Origin: a virus
Strand: one strand, 5' to 3'
DNA: 64,000 nucleotides
Virus record (IMG/VR): IMGVR_UViG_3300034101_003554
Span: 77,042 to 141,041 of that record
In this document: in pieces, positions 19,086-29,987 of the stretch
How the letters are laid out: each line of letters opens with the position of its first letter
Numbering within the stretch: the stretch's first letter is position 1
Made by a program: the position numbers and the translations under genes
Notes under the pieces: generated by a model
What the model saw: only the letters and a program-made list of their open reading frames with translations
Databases searched by the model: none
What the model was told of the DNA's origin: nothing

Positions 19086-19302
19086 CTGTTCTTTTTTTGT
19101 ATTCTTTTAATAGTATATTATATGTTGATTCTAATTTTGATAAATGAGATTCAAGTACCAACATATTATCTTTTGTTTTTTCAAAATCATTTTTAATAAA
19201 ATCCATGGCCTTAATCAAATCTTTATTTGATTTGGTTTTGTGGTCATTAATTATTTCGATTATTTTTTTTAATTCTTCATTCATATTAAAAGTATTTTCC
19301 AT
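19066..19302 (-). CDS. Small coiled-coil hypothetical protein
   Basis: 78 aa, overlaps both neighbours in the operon. Confidence 0.65.
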   Translation of the reverse strand: MENTFNMNEELKKIIEIINDHKTKSNKDLIKAMDFIKNDFEKTKDNMLVLESHLSKLESTYNILLKEYKKRTDGGNNS

Positions 19303-21211
19303 AAACTTTTAAACCATTTACAACTCTAGTTGGCGATACACTCTGAGGCGATATTGCGATTTCAACTTGTCCGTTCTCAGATTTTTCTCTTTGGGATGCT
19401 TTTAATTGACCAAATCTAGACAATAAATCTAAATTTGGACTACCATCAGGTAATGCACCAGTAGGGAGTCCCATTTTTTGATATTCTTCAATTGTACCAA
19501 TGAATTCTCTTGATGCTGATGATCCATCCAAAAACTGTGAAAAAATTAAAAGTGGGTATGGAATTTTACCAGCAAATCCTGGTATTTTTATACCTGTTGT
19601 TGCTATTTTTAATAACCAAAGTAATTCATCAATTACACTTTTACATTTTCTCCAATCACGTACAAACTCCGCAACAACTATAGCTAATTGTATTAATTTA
19701 AGAATAATAATTATTATTATACTTGCTTTTTCTTTGGCTAAATCTTTGATAATTTGTTGTAGTAATTGTTTAACATCTTTACTTATTATATCAAATAATT
19801 TTTGAACAAAAACTGCCCCAATTTTTGAGACAATATTTATTAAAAACTTACCAAAATTTTTAGCAAAAACCATAATTGAATTAATACCATCAGTTACATA
19901 TTGACCAATAGATTCGACCATTACATATATTGGTAATAAAACTTTTGGACTTAGTAAAGAAAATACTAAACCATCAACAATTAATTTAATAAAACTAAAA
20001 TCAATTTTAGCTTTAAAGTCAGCTTCTAATTCTAAACCAAAACCATCAACAGATTTTGAAAATGCGTCTAACACTTCATTTGCTGCTTCAATTTCATCTT
20101 CATCAGGTACTAAACGTAAATTGTTTAAGGCGTCAAGTATTGATTTGGTATTAACATTTACTTTAATATTATCACAATCTTCTAATTCAGTAACTCCATT
20201 TGAAATATTAGCCACAATTTCTTCAATTTGAATTAAATCTAGTTCGTCAAATTCATAGAATGAATCATCAATACCATCTAGTTCGGATACTTTAGCATTC
20301 CCACTGACATCAATTTCAGAAACATTATCAAAACATAATCCCAATATTCTTTGTATAAATAATGAGAATTTTGTTGTTTCGGTATTTTGATTTACACCCA
20401 AGTTAGCCGAAATTGAAATACACCCAGATAAAGCATTCATTATATTGGCAATAATTGAAGAGAAATCAATTATTGATATTGAGGTATAATAGTCAACTAA
20501 AAATTGTTTAATATTATTAACACCATCGGCTCTATTTTTTAATGATATTTTATACCAAGGTCCAGTTTCACCTATATTATTTGTTTGTACAAATTGAATA
20601 TCAAACAAATCTTGTCCCGACGCTCCTTTATAAAAAGCTCCATTATAATCCTGAGAAAATGAATTATTACTTTGAATACGAGCATATAATTCACGATTCA
20701 TTGAAAACTTAAATTCTTGAGTACTACCTAATGGTTTTTTTTCGTACAGAGTATTACCTGGGTCTGTATCTGGGTCTAATTTTAGTAAACCACTTAAATC
20801 TAAAGATGATACTTTAATATATATGTCTCTAGTATCATATTTTTGGTCTAAATCACAACCAACGGCATTAATAGCTTCCTCTAATAAAAGTTGTTTTATG
20901 ATAGGTTCTATAGTTTTAAGAACTTTCATAAATGTATTTTTAACAAACCTTATAGAAAAATTACCTTTACCAGCTATTATATTATTAATTTCTAAAAGTT
21001 TTTCTAATTGACTTTTAATTCTTTTTTTAAATCTTTTAAAATCTTTTTTCTTTTTGTCATAACTTTCTTTTAGATTTTTTACATCATCTTCAAATGAATC
21101 ACCTTTAGGTTCAGTAATGTTTTTATATACTGAATTAGCATCACTAAATGTTTTTAATGAATTTATAGTACGTTTAGCTTTACTGTAGTCATCATTTATA
21201 TCTAAACTCAT
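19286..21211 (-). CDS. Hypothetical 641-aa protein with hydrophobic helical C-half
   Basis: ORF track; translationally coupled to neighbours. Confidence 0.7.
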   Translation of the reverse strand: MSLDINDDYSKAKRTINSLKTFSDANSVYKNITEPKGDSFEDDVKNLKESYDKKKKDFKRFKKRIKSQLEKLLEINNIIAGKGNFSIRFVKNTFMKVLKTIEPIIKQLLLEEAINAVGCDLDQKYDTRDIYIKVSSLDLSGLLKLDPDTDPGNTLYEKKPLGSTQEFKFSMNRELYARIQSNNSFSQDYNGAFYKGASGQDLFDIQFVQTNNIGETGPWYKISLKNRADGVNNIKQFLVDYYTSISIIDFSSIIANIMNALSGCISISANLGVNQNTETTKFSLFIQRILGLCFDNVSEIDVSGNAKVSELDGIDDSFYEFDELDLIQIEEIVANISNGVTELEDCDNIKVNVNTKSILDALNNLRLVPDEDEIEAANEVLDAFSKSVDGFGLELEADFKAKIDFSFIKLIVDGLVFSLLSPKVLLPIYVMVESIGQYVTDGINSIMVFAKNFGKFLINIVSKIGAVFVQKLFDIISKDVKQLLQQIIKDLAKEKASIIIIIILKLIQLAIVVAEFVRDWRKCKSVIDELLWLLKIATTGIKIPGFAGKIPYPLLIFSQFLDGSSASREFIGTIEEYQKMGLPTGALPDGSPNLDLLSRFGQLKASQREKSENGQVEIAISPQSVSPTRVVNGLKVYGKYF

Positions 21212-21585
21212 TACTTATTTAGTTTATAAGTTGTATCTTTTTGGTTTATATCTTTTTCCAAAAGTTCTTTAATTGTTTCATCATCCATATTAATGTCTGA
21301 AATTGAAAAAGATTCTTTATTTGAATTAGATTTATCCCAAATTGATGATTGTAATTTAGATAGGGATAATTTTTTCTCAACACAATCATTAATAATCTTT
21401 TGTTGTTTTTCAATGACAGGACCTATTAGTGTCATATCTTCAGGTTCTTTCATCATTGTTAACATTTTATTTTGAATTCGTATTGCAGTATTCCTTTGTT
21501 CTACTAATTCATTATAAATTTCTTGCATTAAGGATAAAATTGACTCCTTATTGAACTGAATTTGTTTTTTTAAAGGTTTAGGCAT
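21211..21585 (-). CDS. Hypothetical coiled-coil protein
   Basis: 124 aa; stop/start overlap with neighbours. Confidence 0.7.
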   Translation of the reverse strand: MPKPLKKQIQFNKESILSLMQEIYNELVEQRNTAIRIQNKMLTMMKEPEDMTLIGPVIEKQQKIINDCVEKKLSLSKLQSSIWDKSNSNKESFSISDINMDDETIKELLEKDINQKDTTYKLNK

Positions 21586-22334
21586 TATTTAATAATTTTT
21601 TGTAACATATTAATATATATCGTCTTATATTTTTTTAATGAAGCCCTAATTTCTTTTGTTGATAAATTAGTCATTTCTCTCAAAGACAATAAAATAATAT
21701 TTTTGTTAAATTTATTGTTTTTTGTACTTAAGAAAATTTCATCATATCTTTGGAAAATTTCGATTAATGCTTCACCTAATTTCATTTCATTTTCAGATAA
21801 ATTTTGATTGGTTATATATCTTTTTAATTCCAATAAAAAACTTTTTATTGTCATTTCAGAGTCAATAACATCGTCATCAATTGAATATGAGAATGTTGGG
21901 TTGTTTTCTAAGTCAGTGGATATGTCTTCATATGATACCTTCCTATTAATTTCTTTTTGGTCTTTTAACATCTGTCCCATTAAATAATTTTTACAGATAG
22001 TACCAAAATAAGAATATGCCTTTTTTTCCTTTGAGGGTTGAAATTTTTCAATTTTAGTTATAAGAAAAGAATGGGTATCCGCATGTAAGTCTACGAACTC
22101 CATATCTTTTCTATATAACTTATATCTTCTTATAATTGAAGAAATCATTTTATCCAAAGGGTCTTTTAAAAACTCATTGTAAATTCTATTTTTTTCAGTT
22201 ACGGAATCGGTAGATAAAAATTCAACAACCGCATTTTCCTCGGCAACATCAAAATAATTTTTTTGTTTTGTTTTACGTCCTTTTTTTGGAATTAAATTGT
22301 TTTTTTCTTCATTGTTAACTTTTTCATTTGACAT
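21585..22334 (-). CDS. Putative phage sigma factor (sigma70 region-2 / T4 gp55-like)
   Basis: KIEKFQPSKEKKAYSYFGTICKNYL resembles region 2.2-2.4 (KFDP..K.AFSYFT...N). Confidence 0.6.
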   Translation of the reverse strand: MSNEKVNNEEKNNLIPKKGRKTKQKNYFDVAEENAVVEFLSTDSVTEKNRIYNEFLKDPLDKMISSIIRRYKLYRKDMEFVDLHADTHSFLITKIEKFQPSKEKKAYSYFGTICKNYLMGQMLKDQKEINRKVSYEDISTDLENNPTFSYSIDDDVIDSEMTIKSFLLELKRYITNQNLSENEMKLGEALIEIFQRYDEIFLSTKNNKFNKNIILLSLREMTNLSTKEIRASLKKYKTIYINMLQKIIK

Positions 22335-23134
22335 TATATGGTTGTTTCAAACTTTATTTGTCTATCTATAGTGAAGAAATATTCTTTCTTGGCGGACTCT
22401 AACCAAAATTTAACTTGAGGTTCATTAAGTTTTTCATCACCATTTTTGTAATTCCAAAATATAGAACCTTGTCTCAAATTGGTATGTTTGTAACCAATCC
22501 TAGGTATAGTCATTGTTTTAACAGAATTATGTGTTAATCTCAAGAAAAATTCATAACCAAATGTTAAAACTATTGATGGTTTAAGCATTCCAACTTCAAT
22601 AAATTTATCTTTTTTAATAGTAAGTCCAGATAATTGAAAGTTTTGAAATGTCTGTAAAATTTCATTCGTTAAAACACCAATTTCATTATTTAAATTTAAT
22701 GCAAATGTTGCCTCATTAGTAAATCCAATAAAGACACCCTTATCATCAGTATCAACAACGATTGGTAAGAAACATCCAACATCTTTATATGAATCTGTAT
22801 ATTTCTTAACATTCTTAAACCATATTTTTGAATATTCATCATCAACCTCTAAAATACTTACCCATTCAGATTCAGCATTTTCAACACCATAATTCACTTG
22901 TGAACAAAAATTTGGTTCATTGTTCCATTGTAGTTTTTTCACATTCAAATCACCAAAATCATAACTATTAATATGATTAATTAAATTACTTTCAGGTGTA
23001 TGAACAATAATAACTTCATTTGGGAGAACTTCTTGTTCTTTTATTGATTTTATTGCTTTCTCAAAATATTCCTCAAAGAATGGGAATACTGATGATTTAA
23101 TTGGTAATATAACTGATAAATTAAGCTTGTCCAT
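22334..23134 (-). CDS. Glycosyltransferase, GT2-like (GT-A)
   Basis: LSVILPI, NYGVENAESEWVSILEVDDEY. Confidence 0.75.
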   Translation of the reverse strand: MDKLNLSVILPIKSSVFPFFEEYFEKAIKSIKEQEVLPNEVIIVHTPESNLINHINSYDFGDLNVKKLQWNNEPNFCSQVNYGVENAESEWVSILEVDDEYSKIWFKNVKKYTDSYKDVGCFLPIVVDTDDKGVFIGFTNEATFALNLNNEIGVLTNEILQTFQNFQLSGLTIKKDKFIEVGMLKPSIVLTFGYEFFLRLTHNSVKTMTIPRIGYKHTNLRQGSIFWNYKNGDEKLNEPQVKFWLESAKKEYFFTIDRQIKFETTI

Positions 23135-24194
23135 TTTCTTCTAATTCTTTAAATTTGTTTATTTGTTCTTCAAAGTTTTCTGCTCGTTTGGTCAAATAAC
23201 TATCAAAAAGATTAATGACGTTATTATTAAATTCCTCCTCAGTTTGAAGTTTGGTTATCGTTTCATCCATATAACCATTTATGTTGTCATTAACGTTATC
23301 CTCTAACCAATTCTGTAAATAATCAGCAACAAAATCAACGATTTCATTTTTATTGTTAATCCAAAAACCATTGTTCTCATTCATCCAATCTGGAACTATA
23401 TTTGGTACTAATCCAATAACAGGTATTCCCATTTTCATTGACTCTAGAGGGAATGTACCATATGAGCTAATTTCATCAATCCAAACTGAAAGGAAACATT
23501 CTTCCATATTTCTACTCATTTCAATCTCAGTCATACCTCTTAAATCTCTAAAACTTACCCATCTGTATTGTGGGAATTTGAGATAGAATGTTTTGATAAA
23601 ATTGATTGTATCTCTTTGTTCTCTTGTATGGATACCAATAACTGGTTTAGCTGGTAATTTTGGTTTTTTAAAACTACCAGAAACCATTGGGGTTACAATA
23701 TCAAACGATATATTACGCATAACGTTTGAAATATATTCTTTCATTTTTTCAGATGTAGTAATACATTTTAAAAACCCAAATTGATTCCAACTTTCACCAG
23801 GACGTAAGGTTTCAACAATGTAATCATACGATTGACATAATACAATTTTACCACAACCAACTTTTGTAATTTGTGGCATAATAAATCCAAACAACTCAGG
23901 AACTATAATAAAATCTTCAGGTGATATTGCTAAGTTTTGATTTTCAATTGAACTATGTGTTAAATTTTTATACTTATCACCTAACCAATTTTCAACACCA
24001 ACATAATCATTTTTCTCATGTAACATAATAATGTTAAACCCATTTTCATATAGGGTGTAGGCCATTCTGTATATGTGAGATAATGAGGCTTTGGCATTCC
24101 CCTTAGTGTCTTGTACAAAAAAGAAAATTTTTGATTGTTTTGTACGTAGTTTTTCAATAGATTGTTCTATTTTTGTAATTTGTTCTTGATTCAT
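23121..24194 (-). CDS. Glycosyltransferase, GT-B/GT4-like
   Basis: FIIVPE; SSYGTFPLESMKMGIPVIG (E-x7-E-like region). Confidence 0.65.
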   Translation of the reverse strand: MNQEQITKIEQSIEKLRTKQSKIFFFVQDTKGNAKASLSHIYRMAYTLYENGFNIIMLHEKNDYVGVENWLGDKYKNLTHSSIENQNLAISPEDFIIVPELFGFIMPQITKVGCGKIVLCQSYDYIVETLRPGESWNQFGFLKCITTSEKMKEYISNVMRNISFDIVTPMVSGSFKKPKLPAKPVIGIHTREQRDTINFIKTFYLKFPQYRWVSFRDLRGMTEIEMSRNMEECFLSVWIDEISSYGTFPLESMKMGIPVIGLVPNIVPDWMNENNGFWINNKNEIVDFVADYLQNWLEDNVNDNINGYMDETITKLQTEEEFNNNVINLFDSYLTKRAENFEEQINKFKELEENGQA

Positions 24195-24460
24195 ATTTTA
24201 TTAATTAATTTTTTATATAGTAATGAATTAAATGCTAATCTAAATGGTATTGATAATTCTGTACTTTTCATTCCTAATGCTTCATCCGCTTCTTCGTTTT
24301 CAACAATAAGTGTTTCTGTCATCATTTTAACTATTTCATATTTAACAACACTTATATGATTCTCTGGAGCACCAGTAAAATCGATTGGAGGTTCTACTTT
24401 GATATATTTTTCAATTGCGTCAATATCAAAGTAATAATTTTCACCTAATATTTTTAACAT
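24191..24460 (-). CDS. Hypothetical protein, 89 aa
   Basis: Coupled ORF in the operon. Confidence 0.7.
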   Translation of the reverse strand: MLKILGENYYFDIDAIEKYIKVEPPIDFTGAPENHISVVKYEIVKMMTETLIVENEEADEALGMKSTELSIPFRLAFNSLLYKKLINKI

Positions 24461-25104
24461 TCTATTATTTGTTTTAAAATTCCTTTTAAATCTTTAATTG
24501 ATTTAATGGAAAAATCTTTATTTATATCCATATTATAATTTGTTTCAAATTTTATTATAATTTTATCTTTTGGATAATGTAATAATAAGTTAGGGTTTGC
24601 CGTAAGTAAAACATCAAATTCATTCCAAATTGAATTTATTGTGAAATTGGAATAAAAAAATACTTTTTCTAATTCACAACCAAACTTGGATAAAAAGAAA
24701 AGCGTTGCGGGTTTTGATTTTCCAATTTCATCGGACAATACCATAAAATCCCATTGTCTCCTATTCTTAACATAAATGTCATTTAAGTCATTAAATGTTG
24801 TCATTTCAGTTGATGGTGCATGTCCAAACAACTCCATACAATATTCTTCATACATAAATGAATAATATTCTTCCTCACTTTGAAAGGCAAAATGATTTTG
24901 TAAATCTAAAGTCGTTACTAGTGATAATATCTTATATTCGAATGGCTCAGATATTACTTCCAATTCAGTATTGCCTGATAAGTCAATTGTATAGGTTTGG
25001 GATGGTATATCTTGATAACTCTCTATTAAATGTTTTTCATATAAATGTGTGAATTTACCAATGGTATCTCTTAATACACCATTTACATCTATAGCAATTC
25101 TCAT
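24454..25104 (-). CDS. HAD-fold 5'(3')-deoxyribonucleotidase-like protein (motif I DxN variant)
   Basis: MRIAIDVNGVLRD. Confidence 0.55.
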   Translation of the reverse strand: MRIAIDVNGVLRDTIGKFTHLYEKHLIESYQDIPSQTYTIDLSGNTELEVISEPFEYKILSLVTTLDLQNHFAFQSEEEYYSFMYEEYCMELFGHAPSTEMTTFNDLNDIYVKNRRQWDFMVLSDEIGKSKPATLFFLSKFGCELEKVFFYSNFTINSIWNEFDVLLTANPNLLLHYPKDKIIIKFETNYNMDINKDFSIKSIKDLKGILKQIIEC

Positions 25105-25826
25105 TCTTCGTATCTTTTTAATATTTTTCCGATTAATGGATTTCTAACCACATCTTTATTATCAAATTCAAAAACTCCAACATCATCTAAACCTTTGAAT
25201 TTTTTGATTGCATCATACAATCCTGAGTGTGTCTTATCTTTATATCTATCGGTCTGTTCTAAGTCACCACTGATAAAAAATTTACTATTGAACCCAATCC
25301 TTGTCAAGAGTAATTTCATTTGATTAGGAGTTGAATTTTGAGCTTCCTCAAATATAAGAATTGAATTATCAATGTTCATACCTCTCATATAAGCCAAAGC
25401 GAAAACTTCAATAGCATCAATGTCTTTTAATTTTTCTCTATTTTCTTTACCAATGATTTTATTCATTAAGTAATATGAGGGGAAAATATAAGGGTCTAGT
25501 TTTTCTTCAACATTTCCAGGAAGAGAACCTAGTTTTTCTTCAGCTTCAACAGCAGGTCTAACAATGATAATTTTTTCGTAAGGTGAAGTTGGGTCTGATA
25601 AAATATCTAATGCGGCTTTCATCGCAATATATGATTTACCAACACCTGCAGGACCTGAACAAATTGTTATTTGATTTTTTTTCAGTAAATCATAATATAT
25701 TTTTTGATTGTCAGATAAGAACTTTTCTTTGGATTTCTTTTTGATTATTTCACAAATAATCTCCTTTCTTGTTTTTTTTGTTTCCTCGGTATTTTGAGGT
25801 TGTGTTGGTTTTTTTCTTGCTGCCAT
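25101..25826 (-). CDS. phoH: PhoH family ATPase
   Basis: GPAGVGKS, IVRPAVE, LGSLPG, LAYMRG, EEAQN, LLTRIG, SGDLEQTD, DVVRNPL. Confidence 0.93.
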   Translation of the reverse strand: MAARKKPTQPQNTEETKKTRKEIICEIIKKKSKEKFLSDNQKIYYDLLKKNQITICSGPAGVGKSYIAMKAALDILSDPTSPYEKIIIVRPAVEAEEKLGSLPGNVEEKLDPYIFPSYYLMNKIIGKENREKLKDIDAIEVFALAYMRGMNIDNSILIFEEAQNSTPNQMKLLLTRIGFNSKFFISGDLEQTDRYKDKTHSGLYDAIKKFKGLDDVGVFEFDNKDVVRNPLIGKILKRYEE

Positions 25827-25884
25827 TTATTTAAAAATTTGTTTAATCTTAAAATAAATGACTTTTTGGGTAAGTAAAATAATC

Positions 25885-26676
25885 CTATATTATTTTTTTC
25901 TCAGATAAGATTTTTAGAATATAATTTGCGTTCGCTTGTGGACTTAGATATTTTTGATAATAATTCAAACTTTTTTCTTTTTCAATTAACAAATCTAATT
26001 CTAAAATTTTGTCTATAAATTCATCATTAACTTCATTCCAATTCTGTACAAAAAAAGCTGGTGAATTTTCATAAAACCATGTTGAAATTTTTTCAGTTGT
26101 TATAACTATACAACCAGACGCAAATGCTTCGGTATATCGAAATGTTTCACTACTTAGTCCTTTTGGGACTAAACAAATCTTGGAATTTGATAATGTTTCT
26201 AAATAATCTTCTATGGTATCCCCTTGTCTAAATCCTGTAGTTTTTACAATATTTTTTTTATATTTTTTTAATGCTAAGTTATTAAAAAAATTGTTTCTGT
26301 GAGTACTTTGTCCTTTGAAAAAAACATCAATACTTCTTTCATTAATGTTTTTTAGACTAATAAAATATATTTGATTATTTCCAGATGAATTGTATCCAAT
26401 ATTAATCGGAAAAATTTTTATGTTGTCACATTTTTCTGATTGGTAAAATCTAAAAATTATATCTAACTTATCATAATTTTTTGTATCCCACCCAACTTCA
26501 TTTCCTATATGAATACCTACTTTAGTATTGTTGTTTAAAGTAATTGGTAAATTAAAATCATTATTTAAAATATATAGTTCCAAATTGTTAGGTAATTTAT
26601 CTTCTAATATTTTAATTATGTTTTCAATATAATCTATTTCACAATAATGTTTAGGTAATTCATTTTTTAAAATCAT
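25885..26676 (-). CDS. Exostosin/GT47-like glycosyltransferase
   Basis: IDVFFKG...YLETLSNSKICLVPKG...ETFRYTEAFASGCIVI. Confidence 0.65.
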   Translation of the reverse strand: MILKNELPKHYCEIDYIENIIKILEDKLPNNLELYILNNDFNLPITLNNNTKVGIHIGNEVGWDTKNYDKLDIIFRFYQSEKCDNIKIFPINIGYNSSGNNQIYFISLKNINERSIDVFFKGQSTHRNNFFNNLALKKYKKNIVKTTGFRQGDTIEDYLETLSNSKICLVPKGLSSETFRYTEAFASGCIVITTEKISTWFYENSPAFFVQNWNEVNDEFIDKILELDLLIEKEKSLNYYQKYLSPQANANYILKILSEKKII

Positions 26677-26702
26677 AATGTTTTTTTTATTTAAAAATTT
26701 TA

Positions 26703-27329
26703 TTAATTAACCCAAATCATCCCCCACTTATTTTTTCTATTTACATCTATATCATTATGAATTTCTAAATCATACCAATTTGTGTATTTTTTTGGTTTAG
26801 TGAGATACTCATCACCTTCAATATAACCAAATTCACTATAACCAATATTCATAAGATGTTCACAAGTTTGATTAATTCTAAGATATTGTTCTTCAGCCCA
26901 CTCAAAACAAATCTCATTTACTTTAGATGTTAATCCACTAATAACTTCCAATTCATAACCTTCAACGTCAATTTTAATCAAATTAGGTATTCCGTAATCT
27001 TTTATTAATTTATCAAGATTTGTTGAAAGTACTTGTATAGTTTGATTCCACTTATAGTGATTAGTAAATCTGGATGAATTTATCCAGTCTTTAGATGCCG
27101 TTGAAATTGTATCCGCATTACTGATATGAAAATCAATTACCTCGTCAAAATTTTGTGAGACAATATAATTTAATACAATAATGTTAGTATTTGTTTTGTA
27201 TTTTTCACGTAGAAAATTAAATAAAGATGGATTAGGTTCAATTAAAATTATTTTTATATTTGGGTAGTTGTTTAAACACTTATCAGTAAATAAACCTCGA
27301 TTAGCTCCTATATCAAAAATTAAATTCAT
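26703..27329 (-). CDS. FkbM-family methyltransferase
   Basis: IFDIGANRG, IEPNP, IKIDVEGYELEVI. Confidence 0.9.
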   Translation of the reverse strand: MNLIFDIGANRGLFTDKCLNNYPNIKIILIEPNPSLFNFLREKYKTNTNIIVLNYIVSQNFDEVIDFHISNADTISTASKDWINSSRFTNHYKWNQTIQVLSTNLDKLIKDYGIPNLIKIDVEGYELEVISGLTSKVNEICFEWAEEQYLRINQTCEHLMNIGYSEFGYIEGDEYLTKPKKYTNWYDLEIHNDIDVNRKNKWGMIWVN

Positions 27330-27343
27330 ATTAATATATTTTT

Positions 27344-28405
27344 TTATAAATTTTTATTATGTAAGTATATGTCATCAATAATGTCATATATATTATTTTT
27401 TATTTCCCAATTAGGATAATCTTTTTTGAATTTTGAATTATCTGATATATACCAAATGTGGTCTCCTTCTCTATTCTTATTGTCAATAGTATAATTTAAT
27501 TTTAAATTATATCTATCTTTTAATAGATTAATTAATTCTAATATAGATATTGAGTTATTTCTACTACCACCAATATTGTAAACTGATGCTGATTTTGGAT
27601 TATTATGGTAAAACCAAAAAGCATTAACCAAATCAAAAGAATGGATATTATCCCTAACTTGTTTTCCTTTATAACCATAAATGGTGTATGGTAAATCATT
27701 AATAGCTGTTTTGATTATGTAAGATAAAAATCCATGTAATTCACTTCCTTTATGATTTGGTCCTGTTAAACAACCACCTCTAAAACATACTGTATTCATA
27801 TCAAAATATCTACCATACTCTTGTACTAATAAATCCCCTGATAATTTACTAACACCAAATAAGCTATGTTTTGTATAATCAATTGACATAGTTTCATCTA
27901 TACCATTATAAAATTTATGATTATTAATTATTTCATATCTAAAATCGGTTTCAATTAATGGTAATAAATTAGGATTATCTCCATACACTTTATTTGTACT
28001 TGTATATATAAATGAAGCTTCTTTACAATATAATCTAGTTAATTCTAATAAATTTAAAGTACCATTAGCATTTATTGTAAAATCAGTTAAAGGTTCTTTT
28101 GCAGCCCAATCGTGAGATGGTTGTGCTGCGGTATGTATTATTGATACTATACTTTTTTTATACTTTTTAAAGATTGTAGATAACTCATCATAGTTTCTAA
28201 TATCAATATCAAAATGAGTATAATTTTGAAATGTTTTTATATCTTTCAAAGTATCTTTAGTACTACTTTTCACCCCAAAAAAATAAGACCTCATATCATT
28301 ATCAATACCTATAATGTGATAACCCTTATCCAAAAAAAATTTAACAGATTCAGACCCAATCAATCCATTAGAACCTGTAACAATAATCGTTTTCATATTT
28401 AACAA
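27344..28405 (-). CDS. NAD-dependent NDP-sugar epimerase (CDP-paratose/tyvelose 2-epimerase-like)
   Basis: TGSNGLIG, HTAAQPSHD, STNKVYG, FGVSK, FRGGCLTGP, GKQVRDNIH. Confidence 0.85.
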   Translation of the reverse strand: MLNMKTIIVTGSNGLIGSESVKFFLDKGYHIIGIDNDMRSYFFGVKSSTKDTLKDIKTFQNYTHFDIDIRNYDELSTIFKKYKKSIVSIIHTAAQPSHDWAAKEPLTDFTINANGTLNLLELTRLYCKEASFIYTSTNKVYGDNPNLLPLIETDFRYEIINNHKFYNGIDETMSIDYTKHSLFGVSKLSGDLLVQEYGRYFDMNTVCFRGGCLTGPNHKGSELHGFLSYIIKTAINDLPYTIYGYKGKQVRDNIHSFDLVNAFWFYHNNPKSASVYNIGGSRNNSISILELINLLKDRYNLKLNYTIDNKNREGDHIWYISDNSKFKKDYPNWEIKNNIYDIIDDIYLHNKNL

Positions 28406-29229
28406 TATTTTTTTAATTCATTATTAATTCTATCGAAGAAAAATGCGTAATTATTTTTTGCAATTTCATAATTTTCTACTATAGCTTTCTTTTTCTCAAT
28501 GTACATTTCAGGTGTTAAATTTTCTAATATTGTTTTCAATTCATTTTCATTATTAAAAACAATGACACCTTCCATATTAAAATAATCACCAATGTTAGGA
28601 CATCCCCAATAAATAGGAATGGTATAACTCATAAAACAATCTATTATTTTTTCAGTAAAATAATTAACTACTTGAGAATTTTCAATTGTCAAATGAAACA
28701 TACTATCTTCAAATAGTAATTTTTTTTCAGTATTTTTAACGTAATTAGGGAAAAGTATTTCATATGGTTTATCTTTTAAAAGATAAGAAATCTGATGCCT
28801 TAATTTATGTCCTGGTAAATTATTTTTATTACTCTTAACAAAACTTAATTTAAATTTTTTTTCTAATGAAAAATGGTTATAATATTCATCAAATAAATTT
28901 ATATGAGTATTTGATTTATCTGTCATAATCCACGATGAACCAAAACAAAATTTTTCACACTTAATTGATTGGTTTATTAGATTTTCATCAAATGTTAAAA
29001 CTTTATCAAAAAAAGAAATATTTTCTAAAATTTTTTCAGAAATATTGTTTATCAATGGTGGTTCACAACCATGTATTAAAATTACTTTATCAAATTTTAA
29101 TCTAATTTCTTTTAATTTTTCTTTGTTAAAAAAAATAACATTAGGGTCTATCGCTAAAAAAATTTTTAACTCACAATTTCCTAAAAAGAAATTGTTAGGA
29201 ATTCCAAACGGAGAATATAATTCTATCAT
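28399..29229 (-). CDS. GT10-like alpha-1,3/4-fucosyltransferase family protein
   Basis: FHLTIENS...YFTEKIIDCF..TIPIYWG motif. Confidence 0.8.
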   Translation of the reverse strand: MIELYSPFGIPNNFFLGNCELKIFLAIDPNVIFFNKEKLKEIRLKFDKVILIHGCEPPLINNISEKILENISFFDKVLTFDENLINQSIKCEKFCFGSSWIMTDKSNTHINLFDEYYNHFSLEKKFKLSFVKSNKNNLPGHKLRHQISYLLKDKPYEILFPNYVKNTEKKLLFEDSMFHLTIENSQVVNYFTEKIIDCFMSYTIPIYWGCPNIGDYFNMEGVIVFNNENELKTILENLTPEMYIEKKKAIVENYEIAKNNYAFFFDRINNELKKYC

Positions 29230-29987
29230 TTTTTAATCCAAAAAATACCACATTTATCAATAACATTTATTTCATTAGTTATTTCATTTTTAGTTCTGAA
29301 GTCAGTAACCGCTTTCACACAATTAGGTAAACAATAATCATCAACAATTATAACACCTTTATCCACAACCTTATGGTAACAAGAATCAAAAACATCCATA
29401 GTTGATTTGTACATATCACCATCCATACGTAATAAACAAATGTTTTTTATATTTTCATTATTTGGTAAGGTATCTGAGAACCAACCTTTTATAAAAATTA
29501 CATTATCATCTAATACTTTATATAATTTAAAGTTATTTTGAACTTCTTCTAATGATACTTTTAGGAAATCAATAGTGTGATGATTGTCATTTAAATCTTC
29601 TTGTATTTCTGGTTTAGGTAACCCATTAAAAGAGTCGGCTAATATTACTCGTTTATTAATATTATATAAATCACAATAAAATTTTATAAAAATACACGCA
29701 CCTCCTCTCCATACTCCTGTTTCAATCAAATCACCATCTATTTTATTTTCTCTAATATAATCTAAAGATTTGTGTAGATTATCTAATCTTTTAATACCAA
29801 TCATAGTATGAGCATTTTTAGGCCAATCTAGACCCTCATATCTTTTTGAATCTACGTTTGACTGAATCACATTATTCATAATTTCAAGATTTGGAAATCC
29901 TTCAGTATAAAAATTATGTTTAATTTTTTCATTTGTAGTATCAGTTAAAATACGTTTTAAAAAATCTAATTTAATTTTATTTTCCAT
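29226..29987 (-). CDS. TylF/MycF/NovP-family sugar O-methyltransferase
   Basis: HTMIGIKRLDNL, GDLIETGVWRGG, ADSFNGLP, KGWFSDTLP, LRMDGDMYKST, IVDDY. Confidence 0.92.
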   Translation of the reverse strand: MENKIKLDFLKRILTDTTNEKIKHNFYTEGFPNLEIMNNVIQSNVDSKRYEGLDWPKNAHTMIGIKRLDNLHKSLDYIRENKIDGDLIETGVWRGGACIFIKFYCDLYNINKRVILADSFNGLPKPEIQEDLNDNHHTIDFLKVSLEEVQNNFKLYKVLDDNVIFIKGWFSDTLPNNENIKNICLLRMDGDMYKSTMDVFDSCYHKVVDKGVIIVDDYCLPNCVKAVTDFRTKNEITNEINVIDKCGIFWIKK

